Assembly (NCBI GenBank): GCA_043776675.1
Contig: JAYVRB010000036.1
Span: 220-64,219 of the forward strand
Direction: 5' to 3'
From: a bacterium
GTDB lineage: Bacteria; Patescibacteriota; Saccharimonadia; Saccharimonadales; UBA4665
Length of the DNA: 64,000 bases
This document shows positions 46,175 through 55,989 of this stretch, piece by piece. Positions within the stretch are counted from its first letter, which is position 1. Every line of letters begins with the position of its first letter. The notes beneath the pieces are model-generated. The model ran no database searches. It was not told the DNA's origin and saw nothing but the letters and a program-made list of their open reading frames with translations. The position numbers and the translations under genes are program-made.

Positions 46175-47110
46175 TTTACCTAGCAGTGACTCCAATAAGT
46201 AATTTGAGATTTCATCAATCGTGTGTTGGGTGTGATTAACTATATTGATATTAGTCTTAGCATAAGAATTCGTACTTGGATCGGTGACTATCTCATTACT
46301 AGTTCGTACTAGTTCGCTTGAAGTAATTACTGGATCTTCAACGAAGTAATCTAATGCCCTGAAACATACTTCAATTTGTCTTCTTTTTTTATCACCAAAC
46401 TTATCATTTGATCTTATAAAGCATGCCGACAATTCACTAAGCATATTTTGTCTTTCGCCATCGAACTTAGACTCAGAAAGGCGATTTAAGTTTATCTCAA
46501 AATTTGCGCTCACGGGAACTCCTACATATTCGGACATTGACCAATTCTTAGTATTATCGGTAATTTGCGCAATGCTTAATCTCAAATCGTTTGGAGTATT
46601 AAATATTTTAGGCAACCTATATCCTGCTAAATATATAATCGAATCAATAGTATCTTCATTAATTGTTCTGGTATGTACATTTCCTGTTTCGTCAATTTCA
46701 TTACTGATAAGGATATCGTCCTGTCCTTCGACACTTATAAAGGGCAGGAACCTTCGATTCTTGTTGTTTCCGAGCTTTGTCTCAAGCCGTTTAAAAACTA
46801 GACTGTAGTTTGAGCAATCAACTTTTAAAGGCAATTCAAGTTTTGTAAAACCTAAACTGTTTCTATGTGCAACGTAGCCGATATCTGCAACCCAACGTCG
46901 GTCGGTTTCAAGTTCTGCATCAATGTACGAATGTAGATATTTTGATAAGCCTTTTTGTTTAAACGTGTTAGCAAATTCATTTACTTCAAGCTCTAAAGTG
47001 GCTTTATAGTCTGATGCCTCAAAGTCTCGCTCAAAAGGAGCACCCATAAGTGCGTACAGGTCTGCATATTCAAGATTAGTCTCGTTTATATGAAATGGCT
47101 TCTCTGACAT
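46166..47110 (-). CDS. hypothetical protein (314 aa), orphan on the opposite strand
   Basis: Long ORF with no recognisable motif. Its 3' end overlaps the alaS 3' end by 9 nt. Confidence 0.6.
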   Translation of the reverse strand: MSEKPFHINETNLEYADLYALMGAPFERDFEASDYKATLELEVNEFANTFKQKGLSKYLHSYIDAELETDRRWVADIGYVAHRNSLGFTKLELPLKVDCSNYSLVFKRLETKLGNNKNRRFLPFISVEGQDDILISNEIDETGNVHTRTINEDTIDSIIYLAGYRLPKIFNTPNDLRLSIAQITDNTKNWSMSEYVGVPVSANFEINLNRLSESKFDGERQNMLSELSACFIRSNDKFGDKKRRQIEVCFRALDYFVEDPVITSSELVRTSNEIVTDPSTNSYAKTNINIVNHTQHTIDEISNYLLESLLGKLG

Positions 47111-47224
47111 TTACAGTATAATAGCATAATATATAAGAATAAGCAAGTGTTACTGCTCTAAAATACTTATGTTGAACTGGGTATATAAACGAAATCAGAA
47201 GTGTAAATGTGGTAAAATGTGTTT

Positions 47225-48553
47225 ATGCTTAATAAAATCAAAAGTGTTGGTTCTAAACTGTCGCGCCAAGCACTAGACAAAGCTTCGCAGGCTACCCAAA
47301 AAATTAAGTCTAAGACGGGCAAGAAGTCCGATGAATACCTTGTAGCTTTAGATATTGGTACTGAATTCGTCAAAGCCTTGATAGGTAAAGTAGGTGAAAA
47401 CGGCAATGTCGAAATCATCGGCGTAGGCAAAGCTCACCAGAAGTTAACAGACATGCAGGCTGGTGCCATCTCAGATATCGCCGGTGTAGTTGAGAATTGC
47501 GACAAGGAATTAAATGAAGCTGAACTTCAAGCGAATGTAAGTGTAAGGACTGCTGTCATCGGAATTGCTGGAGAATTAGTTAAGGGGACAACCACAACTG
47601 TCAGAGTGGTGCGCAAACAGTCCAACAACCCGATCGATGTGACCGAAATGGAAAAGATTATCAATCTGGTACAAGGCCGAGCTGAGATAAAAGCCAAGGA
47701 GCAGCTTGCCTGGGAGCTTGGAAGCAAAGATGTTGATGTACGATTAGTTAATAGCGCGTTAGTAAGTATCGAAATTGACGGTTATCCTGTAACTAATCCT
47801 ATCGGCTTCCAGGGCAAAGATGTTGTTGTCCAACTCTATACTGCCTATGCACCTATGATACATATTGGGGCGCTCGAGAAGACTGCACACGAACTCGACT
47901 TAGACCTTTTGGCGGTTGCTGCAGAGCCATTTGCTGTAGCAAGGGCTGTAATAGGTAATAACAACAACCAAAACCTCAGCGCCATCCTCATGGATGTCGG
48001 TGGCGGCACTACCGACATAGCAGTCGTCAATGACGGCGGTGTTCAGGGAACTAAGATGTTCGGCATAGGTGGACGAGCTTATACCAGGTCTGTAGAACGT
48101 GACCTCGGAGTCGACTTTGAAGAAGCCGAAGAACTCAAAATCGGGCTCAGCACAAATAAGGCACCGACAGCAAAACGTCCAGCAATCGAGGCAGCTCTCA
48201 ACAAGACTGCTGATGTATGGATTGGTGGAATCGAACTTGCGCTAGGCGAATTTACTAAACTCGATCATCTTCCACATCGCATGTTTCTCTGCGGTGGCGG
48301 GTCCTCACTAGACCTACTGATGGATAAATTAGAGCAAACCGAATGGTATCGAACGTTACCATTTACGAGGAAGCCAAGCGTGCATTACATTAGGCCAGAA
48401 CAGGTGGCTGGAATTAAAGATATGACTGGAACAGTCAACGATCATACTTTCATCACGGCTATGGGATTACTGCGCGTCGGTATGGATACCATGCAATTCA
48501 GTGCTAATTCGAGTACTATTAAAGATAAGATTGATAAAATTCTAAGAGTCTAA
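47225..48553 (+). CDS. ftsA: cell division protein FtsA (actin-like ATPase)
   Basis: LVALDIGTEFVKAL, MDVGGGTTDIAVV, LCGGGS. Basic N-terminal extension. ATG at 47225. Confidence 0.85.
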   Translation: MLNKIKSVGSKLSRQALDKASQATQKIKSKTGKKSDEYLVALDIGTEFVKALIGKVGENGNVEIIGVGKAHQKLTDMQAGAISDIAGVVENCDKELNEAELQANVSVRTAVIGIAGELVKGTTTTVRVVRKQSNNPIDVTEMEKIINLVQGRAEIKAKEQLAWELGSKDVDVRLVNSALVSIEIDGYPVTNPIGFQGKDVVVQLYTAYAPMIHIGALEKTAHELDLDLLAVAAEPFAVARAVIGNNNNQNLSAILMDVGGGTTDIAVVNDGGVQGTKMFGIGGRAYTRSVERDLGVDFEEAEELKIGLSTNKAPTAKRPAIEAALNKTADVWIGGIELALGEFTKLDHLPHRMFLCGGGSSLDLLMDKLEQTEWYRTLPFTRKPSVHYIRPEQVAGIKDMTGTVNDHTFITAMGLLRVGMDTMQFSANSSTIKDKIDKILRV

Positions 48554-48554
48554 A

Positions 48555-50297
48555 ATGCCAGAACCAACCCAAGACACAATTTATATCGACATCGACGACG
48601 AGATTACAGGGATCATCGACAAGTTAAAATCGAGCAAAAGAAGTACAGTCTCTATGGTTTTACCAAAGCGTGCAACTGTTCTCCAAAGCATTGTTAACAT
48701 GCGACTTCTCAAGCGAGCTTCTACTGAAACAAACAAAAAAGTAATACTTATTACTACTGAAGCTGGATTATTACCTCTAGCTGGCGCAGCAAAAGTTTAT
48801 GTTGCTAAAACCATTGGTGCTAAGGCTGAAATCCCTACTGCTCCATCTGATGACGTAGAAGAGACTGTTGATGAAGATGAAGCTAAAATCCGCCCAGATA
48901 CCGAGATTACGGCCGCTAACGCTGGTGCGATTGCTGTTGGAGCGTTAGCCGGACTGCCACCTAAGAAAGACGAAGTTGAAACTCTAGAGATGGAAGACGA
49001 AGACACAGGAGTAGATGAGGGTACATTTATTGATTTGAGTAGTACTTCCAAAGAAGTTAACGTGGATGATGTCGTCAAAAAAGACAGAAAACTCAAGATA
49101 CCTAATTTCAACAAATTCCGTATTTTTGTTTTTGGCAGTGCATTCTTATTTGTTGCACTTATAATCGGATTTATTTACGCATTTAATGTTATGCCCAGAG
49201 CTATTATCAATGTAAAAACTGATGCATCGAGCATAAACTCTTCGTTGAATCTAACCATTGCAACGTCTACGACTAAACTTGATATCGAAGCTGGTAATGT
49301 TCCGGCTCAAATAGGTACAATTAAAAAGACTTATACCCAGCAAGCTACAACCACAGGCACACTAAATCTTGGAGCTAAGGCGACTGGTACTGTAACGGTC
49401 TCTGTAATATGTACTGCGCCATTAAGTTCAATCAGTACCAACACAGGACTGACTTCAAATAAGCTTTCATTCGTAACAACTGACGTTCTAGTATTTGGTA
49501 ATCCTGTTACTAGCGGTAGTAATTTTGTGTGTAGCGGTAACGTTCCGATAAGGGGATTAGCTGGAGGTACTCAGTATAATCTTGCTGCAAACTCAAACTT
49601 TACGGTTGTTGGTTACTCCGGCATGACTGGCGTAAATAGCTCTGCTTTAGCTAACGGAACTGACGATCCAAAACAAGTTGTCACCCAGACAGATATTGAT
49701 ACTGCTAAGGCCAAAATCACTAACGAAGACACTACTATAAAGACAGCACTATCGACTCAACTTACTCAGGCTGGATCTTATGCAATCTCTGGTACGTATA
49801 ATGTTGGAACCCCAGTAGTAACAACTAACGTAAAAATAGGCGAACAAGCTGCTTCTGTTACAGTCACAGAAGTTGTGACATACACTATGCTAGGCGTACT
49901 TCAGAAAGATCTCAAAGCTCTAGTTGCAAATAGCATCAATCCACAAATAGACGTAAAAAAGCAGACTATTTTGGACGAAGGATTAAGTACTGCAACATTT
50001 AACATACAGAGCGCAAATGAATCGACTGCAGTTGTGACTTTCCAATCAAGTACCATAGTTGGCCCAAATCTTGATGCCAAGACTATAAAGAAGCAAATTC
50101 TCGGAATGAAGTCGGGTGATGTCAGGTCGTTGCTTCAGTCTAATCCTGACGTCACGAGCATCGAGATCAAGTATAGTCCATTCTGGGTTACCAGCGTACC
50201 TAAGAACGCCAGTAAAGTAACTGTAAACATTGCTAAGCCGACCAAGGCTTCAATCACACCAACTACAGTAAAATCCACAGATGGCACAAACCCCTAA
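48555..50297 (+). CDS. bitopic membrane protein (580 aa) of unknown function, coupled to ftsA
   Basis: Starts 1 nt after the ftsA stop. Cytoplasmic N-domain plus acidic linker, one TM (FVFGSAFLFVALIIGFIYAF), then a Thr/Ser/Val-rich external domain. Confidence 0.65.
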   Translation: MPEPTQDTIYIDIDDEITGIIDKLKSSKRSTVSMVLPKRATVLQSIVNMRLLKRASTETNKKVILITTEAGLLPLAGAAKVYVAKTIGAKAEIPTAPSDDVEETVDEDEAKIRPDTEITAANAGAIAVGALAGLPPKKDEVETLEMEDEDTGVDEGTFIDLSSTSKEVNVDDVVKKDRKLKIPNFNKFRIFVFGSAFLFVALIIGFIYAFNVMPRAIINVKTDASSINSSLNLTIATSTTKLDIEAGNVPAQIGTIKKTYTQQATTTGTLNLGAKATGTVTVSVICTAPLSSISTNTGLTSNKLSFVTTDVLVFGNPVTSGSNFVCSGNVPIRGLAGGTQYNLAANSNFTVVGYSGMTGVNSSALANGTDDPKQVVTQTDIDTAKAKITNEDTTIKTALSTQLTQAGSYAISGTYNVGTPVVTTNVKIGEQAASVTVTEVVTYTMLGVLQKDLKALVANSINPQIDVKKQTILDEGLSTATFNIQSANESTAVVTFQSSTIVGPNLDAKTIKKQILGMKSGDVRSLLQSNPDVTSIEIKYSPFWVTSVPKNASKVTVNIAKPTKASITPTTVKSTDGTNP

Positions 50298-50721
50298 TCA
50301 AATACTGGCTCTGGACATCGGTGCTAAACGCATTGGTGTTGCTGTGGCCTCTTTGATGGCACATTTGCCTCGGCCTTTGGCTACACTAGATAATGACATT
50401 AAATTTTTTACTGAACTTCAAGCAATTATTGAATCAGAAAGTATCGGTGCGATTATAGTAGGGCTGCCACGAGACATGAACGGAAATTTAACTCAACAAA
50501 CAAGAGATACAGAAAAGTTTGTTGAAGACCTGAAAACCAAGTTTGATTTGCCATTTATATTTCAAGACGAAGCCTTAACTTCACAAAAGGCAAAGGATGA
50601 GTTTGAAGCTAGGGGCGTCCCTTACAGCAAAGGAGATCTAGACGCTTTGGCAGCAACTTTTATACTAGAAGATTTCTTAATTGAGCACCCACATATACAG
50701 AATTTCGAGGGCCTGAACTGA
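50281..50721 (+). CDS. ruvX: Holliday-junction-resolvase-like nuclease YqgF/RuvX
   Basis: ILALDIGAKRIGVAV, GLPRDMNG, DEALTS. Confidence 0.85.
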   Translation: MAQTPNQILALDIGAKRIGVAVASLMAHLPRPLATLDNDIKFFTELQAIIESESIGAIIVGLPRDMNGNLTQQTRDTEKFVEDLKTKFDLPFIFQDEALTSQKAKDEFEARGVPYSKGDLDALAATFILEDFLIEHPHIQNFEGLN

Positions 50722-51776
50722 TGCTGAACTATTCCGTGAAAAAATCAAATAAATCTAGGTTTACTAAAAAAACGCTGGCGACTATGCTAGTTGGAATACT
50801 AATTCTGATTGCTGCCGCTTTCTATGTTCGACAAATATATGACAATCAACTAGGCGCGGTAAGCAGCAGTCAAACAAGCCAGATTTTTGTTGTCGCTAAA
50901 GGAACGTCAGTATCCCAAATAGCAAAAGATTTAGAGAATCGCGGTCTTATAAAAAACTCTTGGGCCATGGGAGTGTATGTTAATTATCATTCACTTGCTA
51001 GCAAGCTACAAGCGGGTACATACTCATTCTCTCCAAGTCAGGGTACCCCATCTATCGTTAGAACACTTTCAAGAGGCGATGTGCAGACCAAGCTAGTTAC
51101 GATACTACCAGGACGTCGAATAGATCAAATCCGTTCAGACCTCATAAATGATGGATTTTTGCCCGAAAGTGTCGACATGGCACTAATACCAAGCCAATAT
51201 AAAGACCTACCGATCATGTCGATTAAGCCAACAGGTGTGAATACTCTAGAAGGACTACTCTGGCCCGATTCATATCAACGAAATCTAGATACCGAGCCGT
51301 CAGTCATCATCCGTAAATCCTTGATCGAAATGCATGACAAACTTACCACGGAAGTGAAATCTGCTTTTGCAAGAGAAGGACTAAGCATATATCAAGGCCT
51401 TATACTTTCATCTATGATTGTTCAAGAAGTGAGCGAACCTGGAGATCAAACACAGGTTGCTCAAGTATTTCTATCGAGATTTAAGATTGGCATGGTACTA
51501 GGCTCAGACGTAACCGCTAACTACGGTGCAATTAACGCAGGACTAGCCCCAAGTCTGAAGTATGACTCACCTTACAATACTTTAATGTACGATGGTTTTC
51601 CACCTACTCCAATCAGTACTTTGTCGGCGAATGCGCTATATGCAGCAACTCACCCTGCAAATACCAAATGGCTATACTTTGTAGCTGGAGATAACGGCAA
51701 CACCTATTTCTCGACTAATTTTAAAGACCATCAATCGCTTGCTGCTCAACACTGTAACAAACTCTGCAGCCTATAG
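50721..51776 (+). CDS. mltG: endolytic murein transglycosylase (YceG/MltG family)
   Basis: N-terminal TM, LysM-like segment, YceG-like core (EGLLWPDSY, SMIVQEV, YNTLMYDGFPPTPIS). Confidence 0.85.
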   Translation: MLNYSVKKSNKSRFTKKTLATMLVGILILIAAAFYVRQIYDNQLGAVSSSQTSQIFVVAKGTSVSQIAKDLENRGLIKNSWAMGVYVNYHSLASKLQAGTYSFSPSQGTPSIVRTLSRGDVQTKLVTILPGRRIDQIRSDLINDGFLPESVDMALIPSQYKDLPIMSIKPTGVNTLEGLLWPDSYQRNLDTEPSVIIRKSLIEMHDKLTTEVKSAFAREGLSIYQGLILSSMIVQEVSEPGDQTQVAQVFLSRFKIGMVLGSDVTANYGAINAGLAPSLKYDSPYNTLMYDGFPPTPISTLSANALYAATHPANTKWLYFVAGDNGNTYFSTNFKDHQSLAAQHCNKLCSL

Positions 51777-51850
51777 TCAGCGCCACTCTGAGTGAAGCGA
51801 AGAATCTGGATAACTCGACGAGACAGATCCTTCGCTAAATTCAGGGTGAC
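51776..51850. repeat. inverted pair of the intergenic repeat core (long imperfect hairpin)
   Basis: Left arm ...CTGAGTGAAGCGAAGAATCTG is an inverted copy of the core and right arm CAGATCCTTCGCTAAATTCAGGGTGAC is a forward copy. They are separated by a 15-nt loop. Confidence 0.7.
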
Positions 51851-51890
51851 TAGCGATAAGTCCGACAGAAGTTAAAATGTAGTAGTCAGG

Positions 51891-51919
51891 TTGAAAAAAA
51901 TGATGAATTTTGATATAAT
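51891..51919 (+). promoter_or_regulatory. near-consensus sigma70 promoter of the LysM-CHAP gene
   Basis: TTGAAA, 17 nt, TATAAT. Confidence 0.55.
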
Positions 51920-52046
51920 TGACTTGTAACATTTGAATTCTACAGTTACTTTCTCAAATGTTATTTCTACAAAAGATATATAGCAACAATTCAAAATATT
52001 TGGAGGCTGCATTAGTACAAATTTTCATGCAAAAATCTCTACTCGC

Positions 52047-53153
52047 TTGAGGAACTCAAAAGCCTTAAAGCGTGTTTCTATATTACGAAGGATTCAACTT
52101 CGTTTACGTCGTAAAGTTTTTCGTCGCCGAGCAGTTATGAGCGGCTTAGTTTTTTCTAATCTATTAATACTAATTGTTATTTTGTTTTTTGTTGTTCAAA
52201 GCCCAAAACCTACAAGTCATAAGCAAAGCGCTATAGTTAATAATATTGCTGGAACAATTCAGACCTTTAACCCAGTAGACCAGTTATCTTCGGCTAATAT
52301 CGCCCTAACTGTAGCTAGACTGAGTAGTTTTCCTGAAACTGTGTCCATAAGTAACCAAGTGCAATCAGAAGCGGCTGACTTAGCAGCATTTTCTAATGGA
52401 AGCAATGTTCTAAGTAAGCCACAAGTAGTTGAGACAGCTCTTAAATCTAAAGCAGATATTAAGACATACACTACAAAAAGTGGAGATTCATTATCCACAC
52501 TTGCTAGTCAGTTTGGCGTGACTTCAGATAGTATTCGTTGGTCAAATAGCATTATTGGAAATGTGTTCAATGCCGGAGTTAATTTATTTATCCCTCCAGT
52601 AAATGGTTTTGTGTACACGGTAAAATCCGGAGATACCGTAGATAGCTTAGCTACCAAGTACAAAGCCAATCGAGATCAGATTAACCAATATAATGATGCA
52701 GAATTAACTGGTCTACAAATTGGAGACCAAATTATTATTCCTAACGGCAGCATTCCTTCGCCTGTTCTGACATATTATTCTGCTTGGGGCGGGCCAGCTT
52801 ATGGGTCAAATGGATATGATTATGGATATTGTACATGGTACGTTGCAACCAAAATAAGCCTTCCTTCCAACTGGGGCAATGCCAGTACTTGGGCATACTA
52901 CGCATCACTTAGTGGTTGGAATGTGTCATCAACTCCAACTGTCGGATCTATCGCCCAAACGCGATATGCGGCTGGAGGAGAAGGACACGTGGCCATAGTT
53001 GAAGTAATTAATGGTGATGGAACAATTTGGACTTCAGAAATGAATTCAGCTGGTCAAGTTTCAATGACTGACCCTACTCCATCTCGAGGTTGGGGTCGCG
53101 TCGACTGGAAAATCGCACCAATCTCTCGTTACGAGCATTATATTTCTCGTTAA
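52047..53153 (+). CDS. LysM (x2) plus CHAP-domain peptidoglycan hydrolase
   Basis: Two LysM motifs (YTTKSGDSLSTLASQFGV, YTVKSGDTVDSLATKYKA). CHAP Cys/His (GYCTWYVA, GHVAIVE). Start is TTG 52047 or ATG 52137. Confidence 0.8.
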   Translation: MRNSKALKRVSILRRIQLRLRRKVFRRRAVMSGLVFSNLLILIVILFFVVQSPKPTSHKQSAIVNNIAGTIQTFNPVDQLSSANIALTVARLSSFPETVSISNQVQSEAADLAAFSNGSNVLSKPQVVETALKSKADIKTYTTKSGDSLSTLASQFGVTSDSIRWSNSIIGNVFNAGVNLFIPPVNGFVYTVKSGDTVDSLATKYKANRDQINQYNDAELTGLQIGDQIIIPNGSIPSPVLTYYSAWGGPAYGSNGYDYGYCTWYVATKISLPSNWGNASTWAYYASLSGWNVSSTPTVGSIAQTRYAAGGEGHVAIVEVINGDGTIWTSEMNSAGQVSMTDPTPSRGWGRVDWKIAPISRYEHYISR

Positions 53154-53203
53154 TTAACTTCACCCTATATAGAAATGACAAAAACCTATAGACTGTATCT
53201 AGT

Positions 53204-54481
53204 ATGAGCTTTATTGACAAAGTAAAAGTTACGGTTTGGGCTGGCCAAGGTGGCAATGGAAAGCTTAGTTTTCGTCATGAAAAATTTATCGACAAGGGTG
53301 GTCCAGATGGCGGTGATGGCGGTGATGGCGGTGATGTTATTCTAGTCGGAAGTCGCAACCAAAATACTCTAGCCGCTTTTCGTTATCAGAAAGAAGTCAA
53401 GGCTGACCCAGGATTAACTGGTGGCCAGACTAACAAACATGGACGAAGTGCAAAAGATTTGTTTGTACCTGTTCCTGTAGGAACCATAGCTACAAACAGC
53501 CAAGGTCTTCCTGTTGCTGACTTGGTTGCTGATGGACAAGAAGTGATAGTTGCAAAGGGAGGCAAGGGAGGATTTGGAAATGCACACTTCGTAAGTTCGC
53601 GTAGGCAAGCTCCCAAATTCGCCGAAAAGGGTGAGCCAGGCGAAAAACTTGATTTAACATTCGAACTTAAACTTATTGCCGACGTAGGTCTGGTCGGAAT
53701 GCCCAATGCTGGCAAATCAACCCTACTGGCAACTGTCAGCAATGCTAGACCTGAGATTGCCGACTATGCATTCACAACCCTGACTCCAAATCTTGGAGTG
53801 GTTGATATCGATAATGTCGATAGCTTGCTTATGGCTGACATTCCAGGACTTATTGAAGGAGCTGCTGAAGGCAAGGGACTAGGGCATGATTTCTTGCGTC
53901 ATATTGAACGCACAGCTGTTATCTTACATCTCATAGACGCATATCAAGACGACGTTGCAAAGGCTTATACAACTATTAGGAACGAACTTAAAGCTTACGA
54001 TGTGAAAATGACTAAGCGTCCAGAACTAGTTGCAATCACTAAAATTGAAGGACTAGACCAAGATATCATTAATGATTTGATCGACCAACTTAAAAAGGTT
54101 GTACCAGCCAAAACTAAGATAATGGCGATTTCTTCTCCTTCAGGTGCTGGAATTAGAGAGCTCAAATACGCCTTACAAACAATAGTCAAAAATGAGCGTA
54201 ACAAGCCAAGTGCAAAGTCAAACGTACCGGACATGCCTGTTCTAAGAATCACAGACACTTCAGATGAATGGTTTGTTAAGCAAAAGGAAAACGGAAGTTT
54301 CGTCGTTACGGGGCACAATATAGAGCGGTTTGCAAAACGTACTGATTTCACAAATGAAGAGTCCGTACAGCGCTTAAGAGATATTATGCGTAAAGTTGGA
54401 ATTACGCATGCTTTGGTACGTAAAGGTATCAAATCTGGTCAGTCAGTACACTTCTCAACATTCGGCGATTTTAAGTATTAA
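53204..54481 (+). CDS. obg: GTPase Obg/CgtA
   Basis: Gly-rich Obg fold (GGDGGDGGDGGDV), G1 GMPNAGKST, G3 DIPGLIEGA. Confidence 0.9.
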   Translation: MSFIDKVKVTVWAGQGGNGKLSFRHEKFIDKGGPDGGDGGDGGDVILVGSRNQNTLAAFRYQKEVKADPGLTGGQTNKHGRSAKDLFVPVPVGTIATNSQGLPVADLVADGQEVIVAKGGKGGFGNAHFVSSRRQAPKFAEKGEPGEKLDLTFELKLIADVGLVGMPNAGKSTLLATVSNARPEIADYAFTTLTPNLGVVDIDNVDSLLMADIPGLIEGAAEGKGLGHDFLRHIERTAVILHLIDAYQDDVAKAYTTIRNELKAYDVKMTKRPELVAITKIEGLDQDIINDLIDQLKKVVPAKTKIMAISSPSGAGIRELKYALQTIVKNERNKPSAKSNVPDMPVLRITDTSDEWFVKQKENGSFVVTGHNIERFAKRTDFTNEESVQRLRDIMRKVGITHALVRKGIKSGQSVHFSTFGDFKY

Positions 54482-54537
54482 TTAACTTTTATATAATTAA
54501 CTAGGTTTTCAGTCTCGAAAGACATATTCTAGATATT

Positions 54538-55989
54538 ATGACCTTCTTTTTTTACGATCTTGAAACTTCCGGATTTGATCCACGCAAGGCTAGAATTATG
54601 CAGTTTGCAGGTCAACGTACTGACATGTCGCTGAATCCAATAGGTGAACCATTAAACGTATTGGTCAAACTTACGAAAGATGTTTTGCCGGATCCAAGTG
54701 CAATTATGGTTACGGGCATTACACCCCAACATACAATCTCAGAAGGTGTTACAGAAGCAGAATTCTTGAAGATGTTCCATGGCGAGGCTGCTATACAAGA
54801 CACAATTTTCGTAGGCTTTAACAATATTAGATTTGATGATGAGTTCATGAGATTCACTAATTATCGGAATTTTTATGAGCCATATGAATGGCAATGGAAA
54901 GATGGTCGAAGTCGTTGGGACATATTAGACGTTGTACGTATGACTAGAGCGCTTAGGCCAGAAGGCATTGAATGGCCGTTTGCTTCTGATGGAAATCCAT
55001 CGAATCGTCTAGGTCTGCTAACTTCAGTCAATAAGTTAAGTCATGAGAAAGCACACGATGCCCTTAGTGATGTCCATGCAACTATAGCAGTCGCTAAATT
55101 GATACAAACTAAGCAGCCTGAAATGTTTGAATATCTTCTAAGTATGCGTGATAAAAGAAAGGTAGCTGAACTAGTTAGTTCTGGCGAACCTTTCGTATAT
55201 ACCACAGGACGATACCCTAGCTCAGTCTTGCATACTAGCGCAGCAATTTTATTAGCAAGAAATACTGAGCAGGACTCATTACTGGTATATGATCTTAGAC
55301 ACGATCCAACGCCCTTTTTGAAAATGTCAATCGAAGAGCTAGAAAAAGCTTGGAGGTATAATCCCGATCCGGAAGGTATGAGATTGCCAGTCAAAACTAT
55401 CAAATATAACCGTGTTCCAGCTGTTGCCCCTCTAGGAGTTATCAAAGAGCCCAAGACACAAGAACGCATCCGTCTGACACTTGAGACGATTGCTAAGAAT
55501 CTTGAACTGCTTAAACCTGTGCAGCAAGAATTTACCGAAAAACTAACTCAAGTTATAAAGCGCATGAATGATGCGCAGAAACTAGATCAAATAAGTTTAA
55601 TAGACAATACTCTGAACGTTGATGAACGGCTATACGAAAACTTTATATCGAAAGCTGATCAACCTGTCATGAAGTCTATCCGTAATTCTAAGTCTGAGTT
55701 GATTGCTAACTTCTCTAGCAAACTTAGCGACGAACGACTGAAGAGTTTGCTGCCACTCTACAAAGCCCGTAATTTTCCTAAAGCATTGGATAGTGAAGAG
55801 CGAAAAGCTTGGGATGAATTTTGCCATACCAGGCTTCATTCTGGCGACCACAATAGTCGATTCGCAATATATTTCGATGAAATCAAAAAGCTTGCCGAAA
55901 CCAATAAGGACTCAAACATAACTTATCTACTTGAAGAACTACAACTTTACGGTCAGTCATTATTGCCAAGTGACGAATTCGAATCCTAG
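54538..55989 (+). CDS. sbcB: exodeoxyribonuclease I
   Basis: FYDLETSGFDP (DEDDh Exo I motif), HDALSDV, SH3-like and C-terminal domains of typical length (483 aa). Confidence 0.85.
   Translation: MTFFFYDLETSGFDPRKARIMQFAGQRTDMSLNPIGEPLNVLVKLTKDVLPDPSAIMVTGITPQHTISEGVTEAEFLKMFHGEAAIQDTIFVGFNNIRFDDEFMRFTNYRNFYEPYEWQWKDGRSRWDILDVVRMTRALRPEGIEWPFASDGNPSNRLGLLTSVNKLSHEKAHDALSDVHATIAVAKLIQTKQPEMFEYLLSMRDKRKVAELVSSGEPFVYTTGRYPSSVLHTSAAILLARNTEQDSLLVYDLRHDPTPFLKMSIEELEKAWRYNPDPEGMRLPVKTIKYNRVPAVAPLGVIKEPKTQERIRLTLETIAKNLELLKPVQQEFTEKLTQVIKRMNDAQKLDQISLIDNTLNVDERLYENFISKADQPVMKSIRNSKSELIANFSSKLSDERLKSLLPLYKARNFPKALDSEERKAWDEFCHTRLHSGDHNSRFAIYFDEIKKLAETNKDSNITYLLEELQLYGQSLLPSDEFES

Noticed and set aside
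51920-52046. 125-nt leader of the LysM-CHAP hydrolase gene with TAACATTTGA/TCAAATGTTA pairing, considered as a c-di-AMP (ydaO-type) riboswitch
   Set aside because: I could not find the conserved ydaO core motifs. Only a single simple hairpin is visible, and the true start codon (TTG 52047 versus ATG 52137) is uncertain.
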